Below are positions 20,720 through 29,569 of a stretch of DNA of 64,000 nucleotides, in pieces. The number at the start of each line of letters is the position of its first letter. The first letter of the stretch is position 1. The notes beneath the pieces were generated by a model, which ran no database searches, had not been told where the DNA came from, and worked only from the letters and a program-made list of their open reading frames with translations. The stretch is from NCBI GenBank assembly GCA_965116955.1, contig OZ220742.1:4303079-4367078 (forward strand). The letters are read 5' to 3'. This DNA comes from Thermoanaerobaculia bacterium. Lineage in GTDB: Bacteria > Acidobacteriota > Thermoanaerobaculia > Multivoradales > Multivoraceae. A program made the translations under genes and the position numbers.

Positions 20720-23281
20720 CTATCTGCCCCAGCGGTAGTTGAGGCGAGCGTAGTAGTAGCCGCCGCCCAGGCCCCAGGGTGTGAACTGGCTGTAGGGCAG
20801 GCCGAACTGCGCGGCGAACAGGTCCATTCGGTCCGAAAACGTGTCGAAGACGTTCTGGCCACCGATCGAAAGCGTGGTGTCGGGCACCAGGGGGACGCTG
20901 ACCTCCAGGTCGAGGATGTACCGCCCGCCGAGAACCGGCGCATCGGCGCGGCGCACGGAGCGGGCGTCGAGGTGGTCGACCCACGAGCCGAAGTAGTGGA
21001 GGCGTCCGAGCAGGTCGACCCGCCCTATGCCATGGCTAACGGCCAGGTTCCACCGCGTCTCCGGCACGCCCCGTTCCAGGGCGAGCACGTCGCCGGGACC
21101 GAGCAGTTCGGAGTCCTTCGTGATCTCCGTCTCCGTGTGGTTCAGCGCCAGGCTGAACACCGTGTTACCGCCCAGCGCCAGCGGCGTCCAGGTCGAAACG
21201 ATGTCGATCCCCCGGGTGCGCGACGAGAAGTCGTTGATGAAGAACCGGAACGAGGACAGCGTCCGCGCCGAGGTGATGCCTTCCGAGAGCAGCAGGGCGC
21301 GCTCTTCGTCGGCCAGCGTGAAGAACTGCGACAGGGCGAGCCGCCGGTCGACGTCGATGTGGTAGGTGTCCGCCGTCAACGTGAACGGCCCGGTGTCGAC
21401 CACCAGCCCGGCCGTCACGTTGCTCGAAGTCTCGGGTTCGAGCGGCTGGCCGCCGCGGAACTGCGCGGCGCGGAAGGTCGACGGCACGGTGGCGCTGTCA
21501 ACCAGATCGAGCGTCTCCGGGTTGATCGTCGACTGCACGTTGAACACGTTCTGCTGACCCGGCGTCGGCGCCCGGAAGCCGGTGCTGACGCCGCCGCGCA
21601 GGGAGACCGTGTCCGTCAGCGCGTAGCGGGCGGAGAGCTTCCCGTTCGTCGTGTCGCCGAAGACGTCGAAATACTCGAATCGCAGCGCGCCGCCGAGCGT
21701 CCATCGGCCGTCTGGATCCCGCAACTCCAGGTCGCCGTACACCGCGGTGTTGGCGCGGGTCCAGGTCCCGGCCGTGTAGTCGGGGAATCCCGGGAAACCG
21801 TTGGAGCCGGAAACGAAACCCTGCGCCGCGTACGGTCCCACCTGCCACGACGGCAGCTCCCCGGAGCGGATGGTGAAGCGCTCGTCGCGCCACTCGGCGC
21901 CCCCGGCCAGGTGAACGAGCTCGGAGACCGCGTAGGAGACGTCGAAGTTCAGGTTGAGTTCGGCCTGCCGGTAGACGCCCGGATCGAAGTCGCGCGGACT
22001 CGCCGGCCCCAGCGAAGCGTTCACCGTGTTGAACAGGAGGAAGTCCGCCTCGTGAGAGCCGTAGCTGGCGCTGGCGTCCCAGGTGAAACCGCTCTTCGTG
22101 CTCCGGCGCACCCCGGCCACGGCCGACATGTCGGTCATCACGCCGCTGAAGTACGGCGTGAAGCCGCCCGGAGCGATCTCCTGGAAGGAGAAGCAGTTCG
22201 GATCGGCGAAGACCTGCGCCAGCGCGTCCTGGTCCGGCCGGTCGTCGGTGATCGTCACCGTAGGACAGCCCGCCGATCCGTCCCGCACGCCGTCCTGCGC
22301 GTCGAGGACGTCGCCGATGAGCAGCGTGCGGCCGCCGTCCAGGCTGAAGATGTTGGCCCGCGTGTTCGGATTGCGGTAGTAGAAACCCTGCGTCGCCGTC
22401 TTGTCGGCGTAGTTGGCGTGCCCGTAGACCTGCGCGCCGCTCGCCAGCAGCTTGCCGAAGTTGCCGAACAGCTTCAGGTCGTCCTCGTACTCCGAGTCAC
22501 CCCAGATCTGCGCCGGGTCGCGGACGTGCGTGTTGCCGGCGGCGATCAATGCCGCCGCGTCGGCGCGTTGCACGCTGCGGCTGGTCGGGTCGGCATTGCC
22601 GTACTCCATGCTCAGATGGGCGAAGCCGTTCTCCCCCAGCGGCAGTCCTACGTCGCCGGCGATCGCGTAGGACTGGCCGTCGCCCGCGCCGTAGACGCCG
22701 CTCTTGACCTCCAGGCTGCCGCCCGACGGAGCGTCCTTGAGCAGGAAGTTCATCACTCCGGCGATCGCGTCGGAGCCGTACTGCGCCGAGGCGCCGTCGC
22801 GCAGCACCTCGACCTGGCGCAGCGCGGTCGCCGGGATGGTCGAGATATCCGGGCCCTGCGTGCCGTCGGTCACGCCCCCGAACCAGACCAGGATCGCCGA
22901 GCGGTGCCGGCGCTTGCCGTTCACCAGCACCAGCGTGTGGTCGTGGGCGAGGTTCCGCAGGCTGGCCGGTCGCACCAGCGACGCGGCGCCGCTGATCGGA
23001 TGCGTCGCGACATTGAACGAGGGCACCAGGTTCCGCAACTGGTAGTCCAGCGTGCTGGCGCCCTGGCTGACGACATCGTCGACCGGGATGGCGTCGATCG
23101 GGACGGACGATTCGGTCACCGACCGCGGCCGTGCGCGGCTGCCGACCACCACCAGCTCTTCGTCGAATTCCGTGACCGGCTCCTCCTCAAGCGGCGTCGT
23201 CGCTTCGGCCTCCTGGGCGTGGATCGCAACGGGGGCGGTGGACGCGCCGAGCAGGAAGGCGAGCAGGAAGAGACGCGGCAC
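20720..23281 (-). CDS. TonB-dependent receptor
   Basis: Start proposed at GTG 23281 (MPRLFLLAFLLGASTAPVAIHA-QE signal); TTG alternatives lie at 23299..23305. Plug motifs (ELVVVGSRA, IDAIPVDD, VLVNGKRR, VEVLRDGASAQYGSDAIAGVMNF) followed by a long beta-barrel. Confidence 0.85.
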   Translation of the reverse strand: MPRLFLLAFLLGASTAPVAIHAQEAEATTPLEEEPVTEFDEELVVVGSRARPRSVTESSVPIDAIPVDDVVSQGASTLDYQLRNLVPSFNVATHPISGAASLVRPASLRNLAHDHTLVLVNGKRRHRSAILVWFGGVTDGTQGPDISTIPATALRQVEVLRDGASAQYGSDAIAGVMNFLLKDAPSGGSLEVKSGVYGAGDGQSYAIAGDVGLPLGENGFAHLSMEYGNADPTSRSVQRADAAALIAAGNTHVRDPAQIWGDSEYEDDLKLFGNFGKLLASGAQVYGHANYADKTATQGFYYRNPNTRANIFSLDGGRTLLIGDVLDAQDGVRDGSAGCPTVTITDDRPDQDALAQVFADPNCFSFQEIAPGGFTPYFSGVMTDMSAVAGVRRSTKSGFTWDASASYGSHEADFLLFNTVNASLGPASPRDFDPGVYRQAELNLNFDVSYAVSELVHLAGGAEWRDERFTIRSGELPSWQVGPYAAQGFVSGSNGFPGFPDYTAGTWTRANTAVYGDLELRDPDGRWTLGGALRFEYFDVFGDTTNGKLSARYALTDTVSLRGGVSTGFRAPTPGQQNVFNVQSTINPETLDLVDSATVPSTFRAAQFRGGQPLEPETSSNVTAGLVVDTGPFTLTADTYHIDVDRRLALSQFFTLADEERALLLSEGITSARTLSSFRFFINDFSSRTRGIDIVSTWTPLALGGNTVFSLALNHTETEITKDSELLGPGDVLALERGVPETRWNLAVSHGIGRVDLLGRLHYFGSWVDHLDARSVRRADAPVLGGRYILDLEVSVPLVPDTTLSIGGQNVFDTFSDRMDLFAAQFGLPYSQFTPWGLGGGYYYARLNYRWGR

Positions 23282-23320
23282 GGCCGGATGATGGCACAAC
23301 AACAACGCTAGGATTCGCCC

Positions 23321-24406
23321 ATGACGCCCCGCAAGGCTTCCCGGCCCCTGGACGGCCGCCTCTACACCGACCGCGCCGTCTTCGACGACGAGATGGAGCG
23401 CATCTTCTCGCGCATGTGGGTGTGCGGCGGACGGCTCGAGGAACTGGACGAACCGGGGCGCTTCGTGACCCGCGAGATCGGCGGCGAGTCGGTGATCGTG
23501 GTGCGGACCGCGGCAGAAGCCGGTCTGGCCGCCTTCTTCAACGTCTGCCGCCACCGGGGGTCGCGCGTCGTCGACGAGTGCGCCGGCCGGACCAGGGTCT
23601 TCCAGTGCCCCTACCACGCCTGGACCTACGGCCTCGACGGCCGGCTGGTCGGCGCGCCGCACATGGGGAACGACTTCGACGCGGGAAGCGCCGGCCTGGT
23701 GCCGGTGCGGATCGACGCGATGGACGGCTTCTTCTTCCTGTCCCTGGCGGCCGACGGGCCGCCGCTCGCCGAAGTCGCCGCCGACCTGCCGGACCTGTCC
23801 CGGTTCACCCTCGGCCGGCTGGTCCGCGGCGACCGGCACGAGTACGAGGCGCAGGCGAACTGGAAGATCCTGTGCGAGAACTACAACGAGTGCTACCACT
23901 GCGCCGTCGTCCACCCGGAGTTGAACCGGGTGTCGGACTACCGGAACGGCGGCAACCTGGAGACCGGCCGCTTCTTCGTCGGCGGTCCGATGACACTGAA
24001 CGACGGCTGCAACTCGATGACGACGACCGGGCGCAGCAACCGGCCCGACCTTCCGGCGATCGAAGTCTCCGACCGGACCTCGGTTCAGTACTACAACGTG
24101 TACCCCAACCTGCTGATCAGCCTGCACCGCGACTACGTCGTGACCCACACTCTCTGGCCGATCGCCGCCGATCGCACGCGAGTCGTCTGCGAGTGGCTGT
24201 TCGACCCCGAGGCGGTCGCGGCCCCCGACTTCGACCCAAGCGACGCCGTGGACTTCTGGCACCTCGTCAACAGCCAGGACTGGGAGATCTGCGCGCGCAC
24301 CCAGTTGGGCGTCTCGTCGCGCGGCTACCGCCCCACGGCCTTCGAAGAGAGCGAAGCCTGCATCCAGGTGTTCGACGGCTGGTACCTGGACCAGATGGGC
24401 CTGTGA
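23321..24406 (+). CDS. Rieske [2Fe-2S] non-haem iron oxygenase, alpha subunit (GbcA/Stc2-like demethylase-type)
   Basis: 361 aa. Rieske CRHRGSRV..CPYHAWTY. Mononuclear iron block NWKILCENYNECYHCAVVHPEL. No beta subunit or reductase gene adjacent. Confidence 0.88.
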   Translation: MTPRKASRPLDGRLYTDRAVFDDEMERIFSRMWVCGGRLEELDEPGRFVTREIGGESVIVVRTAAEAGLAAFFNVCRHRGSRVVDECAGRTRVFQCPYHAWTYGLDGRLVGAPHMGNDFDAGSAGLVPVRIDAMDGFFFLSLAADGPPLAEVAADLPDLSRFTLGRLVRGDRHEYEAQANWKILCENYNECYHCAVVHPELNRVSDYRNGGNLETGRFFVGGPMTLNDGCNSMTTTGRSNRPDLPAIEVSDRTSVQYYNVYPNLLISLHRDYVVTHTLWPIAADRTRVVCEWLFDPEAVAAPDFDPSDAVDFWHLVNSQDWEICARTQLGVSSRGYRPTAFEESEACIQVFDGWYLDQMGL

Positions 24407-24465
24407 GCCGGCGCCCCCGGCCGCGCTCCACTCCTCCGCGCGAGCATCGAGGCTGACGAACGCCC

Positions 24466-25899
24466 ATGTGGCTCCGTGAACACGCGCTGATCCTCGTCCT
24501 GTTCGCCCTCTACACGGGCGTCCTGGTGCACCACGCCCTGATCGGCCAGCGCCGGACCCGCGACCTGGCCGACTTCCTGGTCGGCGGCCGCTCCCTCGGC
24601 GGCATCATCCTCGGCGTCTCCTTCTTCGCCACCTACGCCAGCACGAACAGCTTCATCGGCTTCGCCGGCAGGGCATACGGCTCCGGCATCGCCTGGCTGC
24701 TGATCATCCCCACCGCGGTCATCCTCTCCTTCGTCGCCTGGGCATGGCTGGCGCCGCGCCTCCGCGGCGTGACCGAGACCCTCGGCTCGGTGACGATCCC
24801 GGACTACATCGGCTTCCGCTTCAATAGCCGGCCCGCCCGCTTCGCCGCCGCCCTGATCGTCATCTTCTCGAGCTTCCTGTACATGACCGCGGTGTTCAAG
24901 GGCATCGGCTCGCTGCTTGTCGAGCTACTCGACCTGAGCTACGGCCTGTCGCTCTTCGTCGTCGTCCTGATCGTCTGCCTCTACACGATGATCGGCGGCT
25001 TCCACTCCGTGGCGCGCACCGACTTCGTCCAGGGCCTGTTGATGACGATGGCGGCGGCGCTCATGTTCTTCCTCATCACCCGAGCCGCCGGCGGAATCGG
25101 CCGGCTCGCCGACCTGGCCCAGATCGGCGACGGCTCGCTCGCCCGCTGGGATACGGCGCAGCCGTTGGGGATGCTGATCGGGGTCGTCTTCGCTTCCACG
25201 GTCAAACTGATCGTCGAGCCGCGGCAGCTCTCCCGGTTCTACGCCCTGGAGACCGAGGGCGCCGCGAGGAGCGGCCTGGTCGTGTCGACCCTGAGCTTCC
25301 TCGTCGTGTTCAGCCTGCTGGCGCCGCTCGGGCTCTACGCCCACTTCGTCGTCGGCCAGGGCATTGCCGACACCGACCAGGTCATCCCGATGATGCTGAG
25401 CGACCCGGCGATCTTCCCGCCGGTGGTCCAGGCCCTCCTGTTCCTCGCCCTGGTGTCCGCCGCCATGTCCTCGCTCGACAGCGTCCTCCTCGTCATGGCG
25501 TCGACCTTCCAGCGCGACCTGCTCGGCCTGCTGGTTCCGGCCGACGACCGTCACGCCGTGCGCAACACCCGTGTCTGCGTCGTGCTGTTCGCGGCCATCA
25601 CCGCCGTGCTCGCCATCGACCCGCCGGGCGGCATCGTCGAGCTGACGTCGTTCTCGGGGGCCCTCTACGCCGCCTGCTTCCTGCCTTCGCTCGCCCTCGG
25701 CCTGACCTGGCGCCGCGGCAACGGCGCGGCGGCCTTGTGTTCGTTCGCCGCCGGCGGCGCAACGCTGGGACTGTGGATGCTGCTCGACATCCAGGGCATG
25801 CACGCGGTGTTCCCGGCGATGGCGATCTCCTTTGCCGCCTATTGCGTCGCCGCTCTGATGGCGCCGGAGGCGAAGGCGGCGAAGGGGTTGTTTGGGTAA
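24466..25899 (+). CDS. Sodium:solute symporter family transporter
   Basis: 477 aa, about 12-13 TM helices, SSF-type N-terminus (DFLVGGRSLGGIILGVSFFATYASTNSFIG). Confidence 0.85.
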   Translation: MWLREHALILVLFALYTGVLVHHALIGQRRTRDLADFLVGGRSLGGIILGVSFFATYASTNSFIGFAGRAYGSGIAWLLIIPTAVILSFVAWAWLAPRLRGVTETLGSVTIPDYIGFRFNSRPARFAAALIVIFSSFLYMTAVFKGIGSLLVELLDLSYGLSLFVVVLIVCLYTMIGGFHSVARTDFVQGLLMTMAAALMFFLITRAAGGIGRLADLAQIGDGSLARWDTAQPLGMLIGVVFASTVKLIVEPRQLSRFYALETEGAARSGLVVSTLSFLVVFSLLAPLGLYAHFVVGQGIADTDQVIPMMLSDPAIFPPVVQALLFLALVSAAMSSLDSVLLVMASTFQRDLLGLLVPADDRHAVRNTRVCVVLFAAITAVLAIDPPGGIVELTSFSGALYAACFLPSLALGLTWRRGNGAAALCSFAAGGATLGLWMLLDIQGMHAVFPAMAISFAAYCVAALMAPEAKAAKGLFG

Positions 25900-25921
25900 G
25901 ACCGTCCGAGCGCTCAGACGG

Positions 25922-26659
25922 ATGAGCCAGTCGCCCTTGAATCCCCTCGGCCAGCCGGTAGGGCGCGCCCTCGACGCCTGGACCGCCCCGCCGCTCCCTC
26001 CGCGCCGGTCGCTTGCTGGACGCCACTGTCGCGTTGAGCCTCTGGATCCCAGGCGCCACGCCGAAGACCTGTACGAGGTGACCGCGGCCGACGTTGAAGG
26101 GCGGATCTGGACCTATCTCAGCTACGGTCCGTTCGCCGCACGCGCCGACCTCCGGGCATGGGCCGAAGCCGCGGCGGCAAGCGAAGACCCGCTCTTCTTC
26201 GCCATCGTGGACGAGGCGGACGGGCGAGCGGCCGGCCTCGCGTCGTATCTGCGGACCAACCCCGCCGTGGGCTCGGTCGAGGTCGGGAACATCTGCTATC
26301 CGCCTCGGATGCAGCGGACCACGGCCGCCACGGAGGCGATGGTATTGATGATGCGAAACGCCTTCGAGCTCGGCTATCGCCGCTACGAATGGAAGTGTGA
26401 CCGCCTGAACGCGGCCTCCATCGCCGCCGCCGAGCGGCTCGGCTTCACCTTCGAAGGCGTCTTCCGGCAAGCCACGATCTTCCGCGGACGGAACCGCGAC
26501 ACGGCGTGGTTCGCGATCATCGACCGGGACTGGGAAGAACTGCGATCCCGCTACGAGCGCTGGCTGGCGCCGGACAACTTCGACGCGGACGGCGTGCAGA
26601 GGGAGTCCCTGTCCACGCTGACCGCGCCCCTCGTGCGCCGGCGCTTCGCGTCCTGGTAG
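25922..26659 (+). CDS. GNAT family N-acetyltransferase (RimJ/RimL-like)
   Basis: ATG 25922 preferred over TTG 25892, which would overlap the symporter. Pattern VGSVEVGNICY..TEAMVLMMRNAFELGYRRYEWKCD..N..S..AAERLGFTFEG. Confidence 0.8.
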   Translation: MSQSPLNPLGQPVGRALDAWTAPPLPPRRSLAGRHCRVEPLDPRRHAEDLYEVTAADVEGRIWTYLSYGPFAARADLRAWAEAAAASEDPLFFAIVDEADGRAAGLASYLRTNPAVGSVEVGNICYPPRMQRTTAATEAMVLMMRNAFELGYRRYEWKCDRLNAASIAAAERLGFTFEGVFRQATIFRGRNRDTAWFAIIDRDWEELRSRYERWLAPDNFDADGVQRESLSTLTAPLVRRRFASW

Positions 26660-26673
26660 CCAAGCCGGCGGCG

Positions 26674-27765
26674 CTACCAGCGGCGGTTCTTCTTCGCCTG
26701 CTGGACCGACTTGTAGAAGGCGCCCAGCTTTCGCTCCCCGGCGCGGCGGGACGCTTCGTCGCGGCGCTGGTCAAGCCGGCGCTGTTCTTCGAGGAGGTCG
26801 TTGTAGTTGCGAAGCCGGGCCGGGTCGAGCGAGCCGTCACCGATCGCCGCCTGGACCGCGCAGCCGGGCTCCCGGCCGTGGCCGCAATCGCGGAACCGGC
26901 AGCGGAGGGCGAGTTCCTCGATGTCGTCGAACGTCTCCTCGAGGCTGCCCTCATCGTCCGCCCACAGCTGGAGCTCGCGGATTCCGGGGTTGTCGATCAA
27001 CAGACCGCCACCGGGCAACTGAACCAGTCGACGATGGGTCGTCGTGTGGCGACCGCGGTCGTCGCTTTCCCTCACCGGGGCGGTGTGCATCACCACCTCG
27101 CCGCAAAGCGCGTTGAGCAGCGTCGATTTACCCGCGCCCGAGGAGCCCACCATGGCCACGGTGCTGCCGGCCGCCAGATGCTCCGCGAGCGGTTCCAGGT
27201 TCTCGCCCGCGAGCGCGTTGACCGCGACGACCGTCGTTCCCGGCGCCGCCTGCTCGGCCTGCGCGCGACTGGTTTTCGGGTCGGCGCAAAGGTCCGCCTT
27301 GGTCAGCACGACGACGGGCTCGGCGCCGCTCTCCCTGACCATGGCGACGAAGCGCTCGAGGCGCCGGGGGTTGAAATCACCGTCGAGGCCCATCACCAGG
27401 AACACGGCGTCGACGTTCGCCGCCACGACCTGCTCCTGTGTCCGCGCGCCCGCCGCCTTGCGTGACAGCCGGCTCCTCCGGTCCAGCACGTGGACGATCC
27501 TCGGGTCGACGCCCGGAACGGAGGAAGACTCCACCACCACCCAGTCGCCGACCGCCGGCGCGCCAGTGTCCGAAGTCCGCACGCGCTTCAATACGCGCGC
27601 GCCGATCTCACCCTCCGCCGCGGCGACCTGGAACACGCCGCGCGCAATCGAGACCACGCGCGCCGGGAACAGATGCTCGGGCGAGACCGCCGACTCCAGG
27701 AACCGGCCGCAGGACTCGGCGAAGTCAGGCGTCCAGCCCCAGGCTTCCAGTCCGGCTTCGTTCAC
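26674..27765 (-). CDS. rsgA: Ribosome small-subunit-dependent GTPase A
   Basis: Circularly permuted GTPase motifs VVLTKADL, GSSGAGKSTLLNAL and DNPGIRE. C-terminal zinc knuckle CRFRDCGHGREPGCAV. Start uncertain: GTG 27765 (VNEAGLEAWGW) avoids overlap with the permease gene that ends at 27774. Confidence 0.85.
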   Translation of the reverse strand: MNEAGLEAWGWTPDFAESCGRFLESAVSPEHLFPARVVSIARGVFQVAAAEGEIGARVLKRVRTSDTGAPAVGDWVVVESSSVPGVDPRIVHVLDRRSRLSRKAAGARTQEQVVAANVDAVFLVMGLDGDFNPRRLERFVAMVRESGAEPVVVLTKADLCADPKTSRAQAEQAAPGTTVVAVNALAGENLEPLAEHLAAGSTVAMVGSSGAGKSTLLNALCGEVVMHTAPVRESDDRGRHTTTHRRLVQLPGGGLLIDNPGIRELQLWADDEGSLEETFDDIEELALRCRFRDCGHGREPGCAVQAAIGDGSLDPARLRNYNDLLEEQRRLDQRRDEASRRAGERKLGAFYKSVQQAKKNRRW

Positions 27766-27773
27766 ACGGCCCA

Positions 27774-28646
27774 CTACGTCAGCCGCCGTTTCGGGTCGAA
27801 CGTGTCCCGCAACCAGTCGCCCAACAGGTTCGAGGCCAGACACGAAGCCATGATCGCAAGACCCGGCATCGTGATCAGCCACCAGGCGACCTCGATGAAG
27901 TTGCGGCCGTCGGCAAGCATCCCGCCCCACGACACCTGGGGCGGCTGGATGCCGAGCCCAAGGAAGCTCAGCCCCGCCTCGAAGACGATCACACTGCCGA
28001 ACTGGAGCGTGGCCAGCACGAGCAGCGTGTTCAGGACGTTCGGGGTCAGATGCCGGATCAGGATCATCGGGTTGGAGATGCCGGCCACTCGGGCCACGGT
28101 GATGAAGTCCCGCTCACGCAGGCTGAGCACTTCGCCGCGGACGATCCGCGCATACCAGGTCCAGTAGGTCAGCACGATGATCGTGATCACCATGCCCTCG
28201 CCCGGCGGCAGCACGGCGGCGAACAGCATGGCGAGCGGGATCGCCGGGATCGACATCTGGATGTCGATCAGCCGCGAGATCACGGCGTCGGCGATGCCAC
28301 CGAAGTAGCCCGCCGAGATGCCCAGCGCCGCGCCGATGCCGCCGGAGAGGGCGATGGCGTAGACCGCCACCGTCACCGAGACGCGGGCGCCGGCGATGAT
28401 CCGGCTCAGGATGTCGCGTCCCAGCATGTCCGTTCCGAGCGGGTAGTCGAAGCTGCCGCCGGCCCGCCAGAACGGCGGCGTCATCGACTCGGCAAGCGCG
28501 ATCTCGGAGGCTTCGTGGGGCGCGAACCACGGCCCCGCGACGGCGCACAGCAGGACCAGGCCGAGGACCGCGCAGGAGACGACGGGCAGCCGCCGCTCGT
28601 GGACCGCCCGCGCCCCTCCCGGGTTCCCGGCGGGCCGCTCAGCCAT
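27774..28646 (-). CDS. ABC transporter permease (DppC/OppC-like)
   Basis: 290 aa, 6 TM, EAA-type loop (ARVAGISNPMILIRHLTPNV). Confidence 0.9.
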   Translation of the reverse strand: MAERPAGNPGGARAVHERRLPVVSCAVLGLVLLCAVAGPWFAPHEASEIALAESMTPPFWRAGGSFDYPLGTDMLGRDILSRIIAGARVSVTVAVYAIALSGGIGAALGISAGYFGGIADAVISRLIDIQMSIPAIPLAMLFAAVLPPGEGMVITIIVLTYWTWYARIVRGEVLSLRERDFITVARVAGISNPMILIRHLTPNVLNTLLVLATLQFGSVIVFEAGLSFLGLGIQPPQVSWGGMLADGRNFIEVAWWLITMPGLAIMASCLASNLLGDWLRDTFDPKRRLT

Positions 28647-29556
28647 GGCGGATCCTCGGATCGATCAGCCCGTAGCTCAGGTCGACCAGCAGGTTCACGA
28701 CGACGAAGATGACCGCCGACAGCAGCACGCCGGCCTGCACCACCGGAAAGTCGCGCGCGAAGACGGCGTCGACCACCGCCCGCCCGACGCCCGGCCAGGC
28801 GAACACGACCTCGATGACGAAGGCGCCGCCGAGCATGTTCGCGAAGTAGACGCCGATCATCGTCGCCAGGGGCACGGCGGCATTGCGCAGCGCGTAGCGC
28901 CAGATGACCGTGCGTTCGGGCAGTCCCATCACCCGGCCGGTGCGGATGTAGTCGCTGTCCAGGATGTCGAGCATCGACGAGCGGAGGGTGCGCGTCATCG
29001 CGGCGACCGGGTACCAGCCGAGAGCGATCGCGGGCAGCACGAGGTGAAGCGGCCCCTCGCGGCCGAAGGCGGGCAGCCACTGGAGCCTCACGGCCAGGAA
29101 CAGGATGAGCAGGAGGCCGACCCAGAACCCCGGCATCGCCTGCCCCAGGAGCGCCAGCACCTTCGCCAGACGGTCGACCCACCGGCCGCGGTAGACGGCG
29201 GACATCACGCCCAGGGGCACGGCGAGGAGCAACGCGAAGGCGAGACCGGCCAGCGCCAGTTCCAGGGTCGCCGGCAGGCGCTCGAGCAGCAGCGGCATAG
29301 CCGGCGCCTGCCACTGGTACGACTCGCCGAAGTCGCCGGTGAACGCATCGCGGAGGAAGACGAGGAACTGGACCGGCAGCGGCCGGTCGAGACCGAGGGC
29401 CTCGCGCATCGCCGCGAAGTCCTCTTCCGAAGCGTCCATCGGCAACAGCAGGGCGACCGGATCGCCGGCCAGCCGCTGCGCCACGAAGACGATGACGAGG
29501 GCGCCGAGCACCGCCACCGCGCCCTGCCAGAGACGGCGGATCAGGTAGGCGCGCAT
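28639..29556 (-). CDS. ABC transporter permease (DppB/OppB-like)
   Basis: 305 aa. MRAYLIRRL N-terminus and DYIRTGRVMGLPERTVIWRYALRNA EAA loop are typical of DppB/OppB. Confidence 0.9.
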   Translation of the reverse strand: MRAYLIRRLWQGAVAVLGALVIVFVAQRLAGDPVALLLPMDASEEDFAAMREALGLDRPLPVQFLVFLRDAFTGDFGESYQWQAPAMPLLLERLPATLELALAGLAFALLLAVPLGVMSAVYRGRWVDRLAKVLALLGQAMPGFWVGLLLILFLAVRLQWLPAFGREGPLHLVLPAIALGWYPVAAMTRTLRSSMLDILDSDYIRTGRVMGLPERTVIWRYALRNAAVPLATMIGVYFANMLGGAFVIEVVFAWPGVGRAVVDAVFARDFPVVQAGVLLSAVIFVVVNLLVDLSYGLIDPRIRHG

Positions 29557-29569
29557 TGCTTCGCCTGGC

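Noticed and set aside
26674-27930. 418-aa RsgA starting at ATG 27930.
   Set aside because: It would overlap the well-supported permease gene by about 150 nt. The extra residues do not resemble the RsgA OB-fold N-terminus. GTG 27765 is preferred but remains unproven.
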